NCBI GenBank assembly: GCA_965199855.1
Contig: OZ241326.1
Span: forward strand, 736,001 to 800,000
DNA from: a bacterium
GTDB taxonomy: Bacteria; UBA8248
Direction of reading: 5' to 3'
DNA length: 64,000 nt
Shown piece after piece: positions 39,571-48,689 of the stretch. Under the pieces are notes generated by a model that saw only the letters and a program-made list of their open reading frames with translations, ran no database searches and had not been told where the DNA came from. Position numbers and translations under genes: made by a program. Within the stretch, counting starts at the first letter, position 1; the number at the start of each line of letters is the position of its first letter.

Positions 39571-40104
39571 TCAGCCGCGCCGGATCCGCTCTATGGCCTC
39601 GATGCGGATTTCGGCGTAGTGGCAAAGCGCGCCCCCGAACGTCCTGAGCTCGATCAGGTCCACCTGCGGGGGCCGCAGACGCTCCAGGGAGCGGACGCGC
39701 GGCGCGCCGGACTCATCGAGGAGGCGAAGGGCCCGCTCGTCCCGGAAGCGGCCGCAAATCTCCTCGATCGCGTCCTGGAAGGCGAGCTCGCTGCCCGCCG
39801 CGTCCTCCGCGCCCATGATTCCGAACAGCAGGAAGGTGTGGGTTCTGCGGTTGAGTCCCCCCGGAGCGAAGCCGCCCCCCGCGCGCGAGCCGATGGAGGC
39901 GGCCTCCTCCCGCGCCCTTTCCCGCGTGAGCGTCCAGCCCCGGATCTGGACGACGCCGCCCCCCGCCTCCCAGCGGAAGAGGTCGAGATAGCCGCCCAGG
40001 TCGGCCGACCAGCGCTGATAGGCGTGCACCCGCCCCGCTCCCGCCGCCTTCGATACCTCCGCCAGAATGGCGTCGCCGATTTCCCTGTATCGAGATTCAG
40101 CCAC
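39571..40104 (-). CDS. Putative tail completion/terminator protein
   Basis: Position before tail tube; C-terminal FGGALCHYAEIRI resembles phage tail-completion proteins. Confidence 0.55.
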   Translation of the reverse strand: MAESRYREIGDAILAEVSKAAGAGRVHAYQRWSADLGGYLDLFRWEAGGGVVQIRGWTLTRERAREEAASIGSRAGGGFAPGGLNRRTHTFLLFGIMGAEDAAGSELAFQDAIEEICGRFRDERALRLLDESGAPRVRSLERLRPPQVDLIELRTFGGALCHYAEIRIEAIERIRRG

Positions 40105-40597
40105 CGACTCTCTCCGCGATCTCTCTCGCCAGCGCGTCGAGGCGCCGCTCGATGCGGCTCCCGTTCTCATCCAGCACGCGGGCGAACATGAAGCGGCCCC
40201 GGACGCCCCGCCCGGCTATGGCGCGCGCGGCGAGAAAGGCCGCGCTCTGCGGGCTCCCCCCGCGCGGCGCCAGCTTCCGCGCCGCCCACAGGTAGAGGGG
40301 CGACCCCTTCCTCCAGGGAGGAAGGGGGCTTCCCGGCGGGCGGCCGAACTCCACGGGGGCGGCGTAGGGGCAGCGCGAGGCGACCATGCCGGTCACCGCG
40401 CCCCGCCCGTCTCCCCGGATCCCGGTGAAAACGCTTCCCCGCAATTCGCCGGTCGCCCCCGAGGGCGTCCTCCTCCTCGCCTCGCGCCCGAGCGTCTCCA
40501 CGACTTCGGCCATCGCCTCGCGCGCGAGCCGGAGAACCTCCGCCTCGAGAGCGCCCGGCCGCGCGTTCAGGAGTCCCCCGAAATTCCCTCGCCGCAT
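40097..40597 (-). CDS. HK97 gp10-like neck/tail-completion protein
   Basis: TPSGATGELRGS, YAAPVEFG, ARAIAGRG motifs. Confidence 0.7.
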   Translation of the reverse strand: MRRGNFGGLLNARPGALEAEVLRLAREAMAEVVETLGREARRRTPSGATGELRGSVFTGIRGDGRGAVTGMVASRCPYAAPVEFGRPPGSPLPPWRKGSPLYLWAARKLAPRGGSPQSAAFLAARAIAGRGVRGRFMFARVLDENGSRIERRLDALAREIAERVGG

Positions 40598-40613
40598 TCG
40601 CCCTCTCCTCCGC

Positions 40614-41324
40614 CTAGCGCTCGTCGGGCGCGCCGCGCGTGACGTATTCGCCGCGCCGCCCGGAGAGGCTCGCGTCCCAGTCGAGCGAGGCGCCCGCGGC
40701 CGCCGCCGGCTCGCCCTCCTTCTGGCCGACGTGGTTTCGATACTTGCGCTCGAGCTCCCGCGCCAGGCGCGCGTATTCGCCGGACTTGCCCGGGTAGTCC
40801 GCCGAATCCGCCGCCAGGGTGGGGGGCGCGGACTGGGCGAAGCGGCGCGCCAGAAGGCCGCAGCCCTCGGCGGCGGCGAGCCAGGCCACGGCGGTCAGGT
40901 CGTTTCGGGGGACGCTCGCGCCCTCCTCGTCCGCCGCGTGTCCGATCGTGTAGAACAGGCGCGCCCGCTCGCCCCTGCGCGGGACGCTCCGCAGGAGCCT
41001 GAGCTTCGCGCCGGGGGCGCCCTTCGCGTAGATGCTCCAGTCGCGCCTCTGCAGGAAGGAGGGCGTCCGCCTTCCCTGGGGATATTCCACCGCCCGGACG
41101 ACCGAGAGGGAATCGTCCCAGTCTCCGGGCAGGGGGAAGTCGAACGAGGCGCCGTCGCCCTCGAAGTCGGCGAAGGCGGCGCGCGGCCTGTCCCGGCTGT
41201 AGCGCGCGAGGGCGGCGCTCACCAGGCCGGCGTAGTCCGCCTCCTCCAGCCCGAACTCCCGGGGCAGCGCGCCCGCCTTCAGGAGCGCCTTCGCCTCCTC
41301 GATGATCGTCTGCCTGCTGGCCAT
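40614..41324 (-). CDS. Putative head-tail adaptor protein
   Basis: ALARYSRDRP, VEYP, LAADSADY; lies between capsid and neck genes. Confidence 0.55.
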   Translation of the reverse strand: MASRQTIIEEAKALLKAGALPREFGLEEADYAGLVSAALARYSRDRPRAAFADFEGDGASFDFPLPGDWDDSLSVVRAVEYPQGRRTPSFLQRRDWSIYAKGAPGAKLRLLRSVPRRGERARLFYTIGHAADEEGASVPRNDLTAVAWLAAAEGCGLLARRFAQSAPPTLAADSADYPGKSGEYARLARELERKYRNHVGQKEGEPAAAAGASLDWDASLSGRRGEYVTRGAPDER

Positions 41325-41352
41325 CCGCGTCTCCTCTCCGCCCTCGGGCGGC

Positions 41353-41694
41353 TCAGGTCTTGAGCGCGAGCTTCGCCGAGAAGGTGAACGAGGCGCCCTC
41401 CCCTCCCACCGCCCAGGCGAGCCTGAGCCAGGGGCCGAAGTTCTCGAGCTTGAGGAGGGCCTTGCCCGCCTCGTCGATTCGCGCGGCCCTCGCGTGGACG
41501 AACGCCGCCTCATCGGCCGCCGGGCCGACCTCGACCGCCAGGTCGAGAGCGGGCGAGGCGCCCGAGGCCGCCGTCACGTCGATGAACAGCAGCGCCTCGG
41601 CGAAGCGGCTCACCTCGAACGCCGCGCTGCTCCCGCCCGCGGCGCGGGCCGCCGGGGGCGCGAGGACGATGGCGTGGACTCTCCTGTCGGGCAT
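41353..41694 (-). CDS. Small beta-rich virion protein (possible head decoration)
   Basis: Immediately after capsid; AGGAG RBS; IDVTAASGASPALD...WLRLAW pattern. Confidence 0.5.
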   Translation of the reverse strand: MPDRRVHAIVLAPPAARAAGGSSAAFEVSRFAEALLFIDVTAASGASPALDLAVEVGPAADEAAFVHARAARIDEAGKALLKLENFGPWLRLAWAVGGEGASFTFSAKLALKT

Positions 41695-41723
41695 GGCTTC
41701 TCCTGTGAACGAGGCCGCGCGGG

Positions 41724-43790
41724 CTAGCCGGCGGGCGCGCCGCGGTAGAAGCCGCGGTAGTCCAGGACGGCGCCGCCGTAGACGTGCCTGATCTTGTAGC
41801 GAATCTTGTCCGCGCTGAATCCGCTGCCGGCCGAGGGGTTGTCCTCGATGAACAGCTCGGGCTCGCGCATGTCGTCCATGAAGCCGATCTCGATGGTGTC
41901 CATCAGCCCCGGGTCGGCGACGAGGAACCAGTTGTTCGCGTCGGTGAACTCCGGCACCCACAGGGGCTCCAGCCCCAGGCGGTTGATGACGCTGGGCTGG
42001 GTGGAGTTCTCTCCCGATACGACCTTGACGGAGGACTGGGTGACCTCGAAGGCCTCCTCGAGCAGCTCCGTCGGGTGGAGCAGATACCTGGGCCGCGCCT
42101 GCGCCGCCGCCTCGACGCCCGCCTCCCCGTAGAAGGTCTGCTGGCCCATCGCCTTGACGCCGGCGATGACGTTGTCGTAGGCGAGCGCGTTCGCCGACGT
42201 GTTGTTGTGGCTGGCGTGGAACAGGGCGGTTCCGTCATAGATGGCGGCGTTGCCCGTGAGGAAGCCGAAGACGAAGGCGTTCAGGGTGCGCTGCGCCGCG
42301 CGCGCCAGACGCTGGGGAATCATGCGGATCGCGCCCATGTCGTCGTTCTGTATCATCTCCCAGGTGAGCTCCTCGATGCCGCCGCGCTTGGACACGGAGT
42401 AGGTCACCTCCTCGTCCGTCGGAGAGGCCAGCGCGGGATACGACGCCTGCTCGGCGACCGTCTGCAGGTCGCCGTAGCCGCCCACGCGCACCCGGCGGTT
42501 CGTCCGGAAGTCCTTGACGGGCGCGGAGGAGGAGACGATCTTCCTCCACTGGTGAAACCGCTCGTCGCGGAAGTCCCGCAGCATGGCGCGCCGGATGGAA
42601 TCCCCGAACGCCTCGCCCCAGGAGCTCGCCTGAAGGGAGGCGGAGAGGCGGCGCGCCCCGCCGCGCTCCTCGCCGGCGCGGGGATGGTGGAAGGTCTCGG
42701 CGAAGAACCGGCCCGGGGTGAGGCGCCGGCCCGTGAAGTCCTGAAACGCCTCGCTCATGAAGCGGTAGGGCCGCTCGCCCTCCAGGGGCGCGTCGGACGA
42801 GCGCCAGAGGCCGTCCAGCGCCGCCCTCTTGCGATCCGCCTCGTCCCGAACCGCCTCCGCCCGCGCGCCGAACCCGCGCAGCGCGCCGCTCGCGGTGAGC
42901 TTCTCGAGCGTGGCGGCCTCGAGGCGAATCGCCTCCTCCGCCTCCGCCTCCGAGCAGCCGCCGCCGAGCTGCGCGCGCAGCTTCTCCCGCACGGGCTCCG
43001 GCAGGGCGGAGGCGTCGAGCTTCCGCGCGAGCGTCCGCCGCGCTCCCTCCTCCCGCGGCGCCTCCTCCGGCGCGCCGCCGTCTTCCCCGAGGTCCAGCTC
43101 GAGGCCCGCCTCCTCGCAGGCCGCGAGCAGCTGCCGCGGCGTCCAGCGCCCGCCGGGCTCCCCGGCCGATTCAGACGCCGCGCTCTTCAGTTTCCTCGCC
43201 AGTTTCTCGAACATCTTCGCCTCCGATCTGGTGGAATGGTGGGCGGCGAGACCCAATATCCCGCCTCCGAGCCTGCCCTTGTGCACGATATCGACGGAAT
43301 GCACCGCCAGAATTTCCTCGAAATGCAGGACGAGCCTCTCCTCCTCCTCGCGGAACTCCGCCCGGGCGAGCACGTCGAAGGAGAACCCGAACGGCTCCTT
43401 CAGCCCCCGCGCCAGGGCGTCCTGGGCGAGCGCCTGAAACCACGCGGCCGAGCGCGCGACCGCGAACCTGCTCATCAGCCCCTCCTCGCCCATGCGGACG
43501 CCGCGGTGCCAGCCGACCAGATCCCGAATGTCGGGGCCGCCGGGGGGCGCGTGGTTCGCGAACGCCTGCGCGCCCTCGAACAGGGGCGCGGCGCGGCGCA
43601 GCACCTCCCGGGGCAGGAACCACTCCCCGTCCTTCGAGTAGCCCGGCCGCGCGATGAGCACCTCGAAATCCCAGACCTCGCCCCCAGGCCCGGACGCCTT
43701 CGAGAGGGGGCGGACGAGGCGCCCCCGCAGGCGGAGGGGACGCGCCTCCCCGCCCGCGCGCGCCCGCGTTCGATTCACCCGTCTTTTCAA
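41724..43790 (-). CDS. Fused prohead protease-scaffold-major capsid protein (Mu gpT-like capsid domain)
   Basis: N-terminal FANH...VGW...G.SFD...SIDIV protease-like region; C-terminal TWEMIQNDDMGAI..IP..LARAA, LFHASHNN, WFLVADP, IRYKIRHVYG...DYRG; GGAGG RBS + TTG. Confidence 0.8.
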   Translation of the reverse strand: MKRRVNRTRARAGGEARPLRLRGRLVRPLSKASGPGGEVWDFEVLIARPGYSKDGEWFLPREVLRRAAPLFEGAQAFANHAPPGGPDIRDLVGWHRGVRMGEEGLMSRFAVARSAAWFQALAQDALARGLKEPFGFSFDVLARAEFREEEERLVLHFEEILAVHSVDIVHKGRLGGGILGLAAHHSTRSEAKMFEKLARKLKSAASESAGEPGGRWTPRQLLAACEEAGLELDLGEDGGAPEEAPREEGARRTLARKLDASALPEPVREKLRAQLGGGCSEAEAEEAIRLEAATLEKLTASGALRGFGARAEAVRDEADRKRAALDGLWRSSDAPLEGERPYRFMSEAFQDFTGRRLTPGRFFAETFHHPRAGEERGGARRLSASLQASSWGEAFGDSIRRAMLRDFRDERFHQWRKIVSSSAPVKDFRTNRRVRVGGYGDLQTVAEQASYPALASPTDEEVTYSVSKRGGIEELTWEMIQNDDMGAIRMIPQRLARAAQRTLNAFVFGFLTGNAAIYDGTALFHASHNNTSANALAYDNVIAGVKAMGQQTFYGEAGVEAAAQARPRYLLHPTELLEEAFEVTQSSVKVVSGENSTQPSVINRLGLEPLWVPEFTDANNWFLVADPGLMDTIEIGFMDDMREPELFIEDNPSAGSGFSADKIRYKIRHVYGGAVLDYRGFYRGAPAG

Positions 43791-43878
43791 GGGAGCCTCC
43801 TTTTCTCCTGTCCCCGCGATTGTCGATTTCCGCGCCGCGCCGGAGGCCGTCCGAAGGGGCGGCGGGCGCGACGGCGAC

Positions 43879-43933
43879 AATCTAGGACAGGCGGACCCGG
43901 AGGCGGGCGGCGCAAATGCGGGCAAATGCGCGC
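43879..43933 (-). promoter_or_regulatory. Putative activator-dependent promoter of the capsid/tail island
   Basis: GCGCGCATTTGCCCGCATTTGCGCC (43933-43909), 24 bp, then TAGATT (43884-43879). Confidence 0.65.
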
Positions 43934-44110
43934 CCGGGCGCTTTTTTTCGCCGAAAATCGCCGATTTCGCGCTTCGCCCGTTTGCGGGCGCGTCAAAAGT
44001 GCGGCAACATGGGGGAACGCAACGGACGGCGGCGCTTCGCCCGCCGCCGCGACTCGCAGCTTCTCCGGGGATTCGGGCCGCCCTCCGGCGGCCCGGACGA
44101 GGCTCATCTC

Positions 44111-45373
44111 ATGTGGGGCGCCGCGCATCCGGCCTTGAACTTCCTCCAGAGCCTCTCCTGGAGCCACCTGATCGACATCGGCATCATGTGGTTCCTGCTC
44201 TACCAGGTCTATATCCGCTTCCGGGGCACCCAGGCCATGCGCCTTCTCGCGCGCGTGTTCGGGGCGTGGCTCGTCTATCTCGCCTCCCGGGCCGCCGGGC
44301 TGCACCTCACCTCGTTTCTGCTCTGGGCCATCTGGATCGCCGCGCTCATCCTGTTTCTCATCAACTTCCACGGGGAGATTCAGAGGATATTCTTCCAGCT
44401 CAATCCGGTGCGCCGCGTCTCCACCCTGCTGCGCCGGGCGATGCGCATCCGCCTGCCGGAGGAGAGCGTGGCCGCCGTCGCCGAATCCGCCGTCGCGCTC
44501 GCTCGCGCGAGCCTGGGCGCCATCCTCGTCGTGGAGCGCCGCGACTCGACCGAGGCGCTGCTGAGCAGCCCGGGCGAGAGGATCGACGCGGACATCCGCC
44601 CGGCGCTTCTGGAGACCATCTTCCTCAAGGGCGCGCCCTGCCACGACGGCGCCGCCGTGATCCGCGGAAGCAAAATCGCGCGCGCGGGATGCCTCCTCCC
44701 CCTCTCGGAGAACCCGGCGCTGCCCCCCTCGTTCGGCGCGCGCCACAGGGCGGCGGCGGGGGTCGCCGAGCGCTGCGACGCCCTGGCCATCGTCGTCTCC
44801 GAGGAGCGCGGCGAGATCACCTGCCTGGAAGGCGGCCAGACGAAGCGGGCGGCGAGCGGGGAGGAGCTCGTCTCCTGGCTCTCCGCGCGCCTGCGCGCGG
44901 ACAGGGGAGCGGCGCAGGCGGGGCGCCGCATGTCGCCCGGGCGCGCCCTGGAGAACTGGAAGCCCAAGCTCGCCGCCCTGGCCGCCGTCCTCTTTCTCTG
45001 GACGCTGGGGGGGCAGGGGGGGCGGAGCCCGCAGACGCTCTTCCCGGGGCTGGAAAGCCGGGCGGAGGAGGCGTTTCGCGTCCCGCTCCGCTTCTACAAC
45101 CTCCCGGAGGGCGCCGCCCTTCCCTCCGACGCGCCGCAAGCCGTGCGGGTCCGCATCGGGGGCAGGCGCGACCTTCTGAACTTCCTCGACGCCTCGCGCC
45201 TGCGGGTGAGCGTGAACCTCGCCGCCATGGCGCCCGGGGCGCGCGAGCGCGCCCTCACCGGCCGCGACATCGACCTGCCGGGCGGCCTCGAATTTCTGGG
45301 GGCGGAGCCGGCCACGCTGCGCTTCACCCTGGGGAAGGCGGGCGCGAAGGAGGAGAAGCGGGAGGCGCCCTGA
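44111..45373 (+). CDS. Membrane diadenylate cyclase (CdaA-like) fused to a CdaR/YbbR-like domain
   Basis: Three TM helices, HDGA and RHRAA DAC motifs, VVSEERG, then ENWKPKL..TM and YbbR-like region; start uncertain. Confidence 0.85.
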   Translation: MWGAAHPALNFLQSLSWSHLIDIGIMWFLLYQVYIRFRGTQAMRLLARVFGAWLVYLASRAAGLHLTSFLLWAIWIAALILFLINFHGEIQRIFFQLNPVRRVSTLLRRAMRIRLPEESVAAVAESAVALARASLGAILVVERRDSTEALLSSPGERIDADIRPALLETIFLKGAPCHDGAAVIRGSKIARAGCLLPLSENPALPPSFGARHRAAAGVAERCDALAIVVSEERGEITCLEGGQTKRAASGEELVSWLSARLRADRGAAQAGRRMSPGRALENWKPKLAALAAVLFLWTLGGQGGRSPQTLFPGLESRAEEAFRVPLRFYNLPEGAALPSDAPQAVRVRIGGRRDLLNFLDASRLRVSVNLAAMAPGARERALTGRDIDLPGGLEFLGAEPATLRFTLGKAGAKEEKREAP

Positions 45374-45418
45374 ACATTTTTCGCTTGCGTTTCCCGCGCG
45401 AAGGGGCGATATTGACAG

Positions 45419-45715
45419 CGTGGGATGGAAAAAGCCTGGACGCCGCCCGGCGCGAGCCGGAAGGAGCCGACGTGGAAAGCGGCTCCGGCTGATGGGCTGG
45501 CGCGAACGAACGGGAGGGTGCGATGATCTTCATCATCAATCGCTTCACCCGCGCGGAGTTTCCGCCCTCCCCGGCCCAGCGCGTCGGCCGGGCGGGGAGG
45601 AGACGGCAAGGCCGACGCCCATCCAAGGCGACCAGTCGCCTTTGCGGGTGAGCCTTCTCACCCGAAGAAAAGCCGAAAAGAGAGCGGGGCCCCTCTCGGG
45701 TCCCGCTCTTCTTTT
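45419..45715 (+). ncRNA. Candidate structured non-coding RNA (family not recognised)
   Basis: Nested stems GGATGG/CCATCC, CCGCCCGG/CCGGGCGG, GGAGCCG/CGGCTCC, TGGGCTGG/CCGGCCCA, GGGAGGG/CCCTCCC, two 3' hairpins and a terminator. Confidence 0.35.
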
Positions 45716-45716
45716 C
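45676..45716. terminator. Bidirectional intrinsic terminator
   Basis: AAAAGAGAGCGGGGCCC-loop-GGGTCCCGCTCTTCTTTT. Confidence 0.7.
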
Positions 45717-45740
45717 TCGCCGCTCCGCGAGCCTGCGGCC

Positions 45741-45944
45741 TCAGCCCTTCGCCGCCAGCTTCCGCATTTCGATCTCCAGCTGCTGGAGCCTGTTCTTGAC
45801 CACGTTGAAGTCGTATTCAAGCCCCTCGGCGAGCAGAACGAGGCCCTCGCAGAGCCTGCGCTTCCCGGGCGCCTCCTCCTCGCTCACCGAATCGAGAAGT
45901 TCGGCGAAAGCCTCCCTCGCGTGATGAAAGCTCAAGGCGCGCAC
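45741..45944 (-). CDS. Small helical/coiled-coil hypothetical protein
   Basis: Host-like codon usage, amphipathic sequence, ends at the terminator. Confidence 0.55.
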   Translation of the reverse strand: MRALSFHHAREAFAELLDSVSEEEAPGKRRLCEGLVLLAEGLEYDFNVVKNRLQQLEIEMRKLAAKG

Positions 45945-46069
45945 CCCCTCTTTTTGAATGGACGCTGCGAAAGCGGAAAAATTCCCCGGCGGGGAGAGAT
46001 CCTACCCGCGTCTCTGCTAGAATCAAGCGCATCGACCAACGGGCCAGCGGCCCTTTCGAGGAGCCTCCC

Positions 46070-46564
46070 ATGCCGGAACGACCGAACGCGCCGCAGGTCA
46101 TCCTGCGCCTCATCCAGGGAACCCAGCTTCAGATGCTCACCACCACGGGCAGGCACTCCTACGTGCTGGACGAGCCGGAAAGCCGGGGCGGAACCGACCT
46201 CGCCGCCACGCCCTTCGAGTTCTTCGTCGCGGGCCACGCGGGCTGAGGCCTCTACACGCTGCTGGGAGCGGCGAAGAGCAGGGGCGTCCGCATCGACGAC
46301 GTGGAGGTTCACGCGGAGTTCAAGCGCAACGTCACGCCGAAATTCCACGCGGACTATCACGGCGACCCCGAGCGGAGGAAGCTGGCCATCGGCGTCATCC
46401 GAACGAGCTACTACGTTCGCGGCGACGTCTCCGAGGAGCAGCGGGCGGCGCTCCTGGAGGAACTCGCCAACTGCCCCATCCACAACACGCTGACGACGCC
46501 GCCCAGGCTCGAGGAGCGCATCGTCGTTCTGGCCGAAGGCGAGGCGCCGCCCCGGGAGGCTTGA
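46070..46564 (+). CDS. OsmC/Ohr-family selenoprotein (in-frame UGA = Sec59)
   Basis: GAGGAG RBS + ATG 46070; DEPESRGGTDLAATPFEFFVAGHAG-TGA(46244-46246) at the conserved first Cys position; same frame continues to CPIHNTL; SECIS-like hairpin follows. Confidence 0.85.
46250..46278 (+). promoter_or_regulatory. Bacterial SECIS-like hairpin
   Basis: CTCT..CGCTGCT-GGG-AGCGGCG.AGAG; G-containing apical loop 17 nt after UGA. Confidence 0.65.
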
Positions 46565-46706
46565 GGCCCGGCGGGGAAAGGGGAGCCGCTCCCGAAGAAT
46601 TTCCCCGCGCGGACGCGGGGAGGCTCCGCGGAAAAGGACTGGACGCCCGGGCGCGAACGCGCCGTCGCCGGACGGGAACGCTCCCCGCTTGACGAGGAAG
46701 CGAGAG

Positions 46707-47606
46707 ATGAGAATCGGATTCATCGGATTGGGAAAGATGGGCGCCGGCATGGCGGCCAGCCTCCAGAGGGCGGGCCGCGCCCTCGTCGTTCACGACGTCG
46801 TCCGGGAGGCGGCGGAGGCGCACCTCGCGCGCGGGGCGCGGTGGGCGGATTCTCCCGCGGAGGTCGCCCGCGCGTGCGAAATCGTCCTCACCTCGCTTCC
46901 GGGGCCCCGGGAGGTGGAGAGCGTCGCCACGGGCTCCGGGGGCGTCCTCGAGGGCGCGGGCGCGGAAAGCGTCCTCATCGACCTCAGCACGGGCGCCCCC
47001 GCCGTCATCCGGCGGATTCACGAAAAATTCGCCGGGCGCGGGGCGCGCGTGCTCGACGCCCCCGTGAGCGGCTCCACCATCGGCGCGAGGACGGGCCGCC
47101 TCGCCATCATGGCGGGGGGCGAGCGGGAGGTCTTCGAGCGCTGCCGGCCCGTTCTCGAGGACATCGGGGATCGCCTCATCTACGCCGGCGAAATCGGCAG
47201 CGGCGCCGTCTGCAAGCTCGCCCACAACTGCCTGGGCTACGGCATTCAGGCGATCGCGGCGGAATGCTACACCCTGGGCGTCAAGGCGGGCGCGGCGCCC
47301 GAGGCCGTGGCCGAGGCGATTCTGAACGGCGCCGTGGGCCGGGGGGTGCACTTCAGCTTCCTCTTCCCCGAAACCTTCCTCAAGGGGAAATTCGACGAGC
47401 CGCACTTTCCGCTGAAGGGCGCGGTGAAGGACGTGGGGCTCGCCCTCGATATGGCCCGGGAGCACCGGGTGCCCATGACGATGGGCGGCATCGCCTACCG
47501 GGAGCTCGTCGCGGGCCTGAACCGGGGATGGGGAGAGGACGACGCGCGCCGCGCCATGACCCTCCAGGAGGAGCGCGCCGGCGTCCGGGTGCGGATTTCC
47601 GGATGA
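46707..47606 (+). CDS. NAD(P)-dependent oxidoreductase, 3-hydroxyisobutyrate dehydrogenase family
   Basis: IGFIGLGKMG, LDAPVSG, GSGAVCKLAHN. Confidence 0.9.
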   Translation: MRIGFIGLGKMGAGMAASLQRAGRALVVHDVVREAAEAHLARGARWADSPAEVARACEIVLTSLPGPREVESVATGSGGVLEGAGAESVLIDLSTGAPAVIRRIHEKFAGRGARVLDAPVSGSTIGARTGRLAIMAGGEREVFERCRPVLEDIGDRLIYAGEIGSGAVCKLAHNCLGYGIQAIAAECYTLGVKAGAAPEAVAEAILNGAVGRGVHFSFLFPETFLKGKFDEPHFPLKGAVKDVGLALDMAREHRVPMTMGGIAYRELVAGLNRGWGEDDARRAMTLQEERAGVRVRISG

Positions 47607-47693
47607 GGGGGCCGCGCGCCCCGGACGATGACGCGCGCCTTCGCCCCTGAGGCGCCCCCTCTCCCGCCGGAGCGCGAAGCGAGGAGCATCGGC

Positions 47694-48689
47694 ATGAAGC
47701 ACGGCATCGCCCTGCTGCCGCCCGAGCCGGCGGCCTACGCCCGCTGGTGCCGCCTCGCCGAGGAGGCGGGCTTCGCCGTCCTCTGGGTGCCCGACTCCCA
47801 GTCGCTCTACCGGGAGCTCTACGTCTCCTGCGCCGTCTGCGCCGCGAACACGAAGCGCGCCCTGCTGGGGCCCAACGTCACGAACCCGCTCACGCGGCAT
47901 CCGGCGGCGGCCGCGAGCGCCATCGCCACGGTGGACGAGCTCTCCGGCGGACGCGCGCTCTTCGGAATCGGCACGGGCGACAGCGCGGCGCTGAACCTGG
48001 GGCTGCGCCCCGGCCGGGTGGATGACCTGCGGGACTACGTCCTCGCCCTGCGCGGGACGCTCGAGGAGGGCGCCGCGCGCTGGCGGGGAAAGCCCTGCTC
48101 CCTGACCTGGCATCGAAAGCGCATCCCCATCTACCTCTCCGCCGAGGGGCCGCGAACGCTCATGCTCGCGGGCGAGATCGCCGACGGCGTCACCATCGGC
48201 TCCGGCCTCCGTCCCGAGGACGGCGCGCGCTCCGCGGGCCGCAAGGCGGACGACCTCGACGTCTGGTGGCTGGTGAAGGCGAACGTGGGCGAGGACGGGG
48301 CGCGGGCGCGCGAGGAGATTCGCGCCGCCCTCGCCGCCAGCGCGCATCACGCCTTCCGCTTCACGCTCGAGGGCCGGGGCGTTCCGAAGGAGCTGCGCTC
48401 CGCCGTCCGGACCCTGAAGAAGGAATACGCGTTCCACGAGCACGAGATGACGGACAAGCGCGCGAACGCGGAGCTCGTGGACAGGCTGGGCCTGCGCGAA
48501 TATCTGCTGAACCGCTTCGCCGTCGCCGGGACGCCCGCCGAGTGCCGAGAGCGCATCGCGGAGCTCGGGGCGATCGGCGTCGGGAACCTGAGAATCTCCG
48601 CCCACGTCCCGGACAAGCCCGCCTTCATCGAGAGATGGGGCCGCGAGGTGATGGGCCGGGACGCGCAGCCCGAAAGGACGCTTCCATGA
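47694..48689 (+). CDS. LLM-class (Mer-like, probably F420-dependent) oxidoreductase, paralog 1
   Basis: PDSQ, VTNPLTRHP, GIGTGDSA, AEGPRTL..AGEIADG. Confidence 0.85.
   Translation: MKHGIALLPPEPAAYARWCRLAEEAGFAVLWVPDSQSLYRELYVSCAVCAANTKRALLGPNVTNPLTRHPAAAASAIATVDELSGGRALFGIGTGDSAALNLGLRPGRVDDLRDYVLALRGTLEEGAARWRGKPCSLTWHRKRIPIYLSAEGPRTLMLAGEIADGVTIGSGLRPEDGARSAGRKADDLDVWWLVKANVGEDGARAREEIRAALAASAHHAFRFTLEGRGVPKELRSAVRTLKKEYAFHEHEMTDKRANAELVDRLGLREYLLNRFAVAGTPAECRERIAELGAIGVGNLRISAHVPDKPAFIERWGREVMGRDAQPERTLP

Noticed and set aside
46301-46564. Stand-alone 87-aa ORF or OsmC pseudogene
   Set aside because: It is the 3' part of a UGA-containing frame with the stop at the catalytic Cys position and a SECIS-like hairpin.
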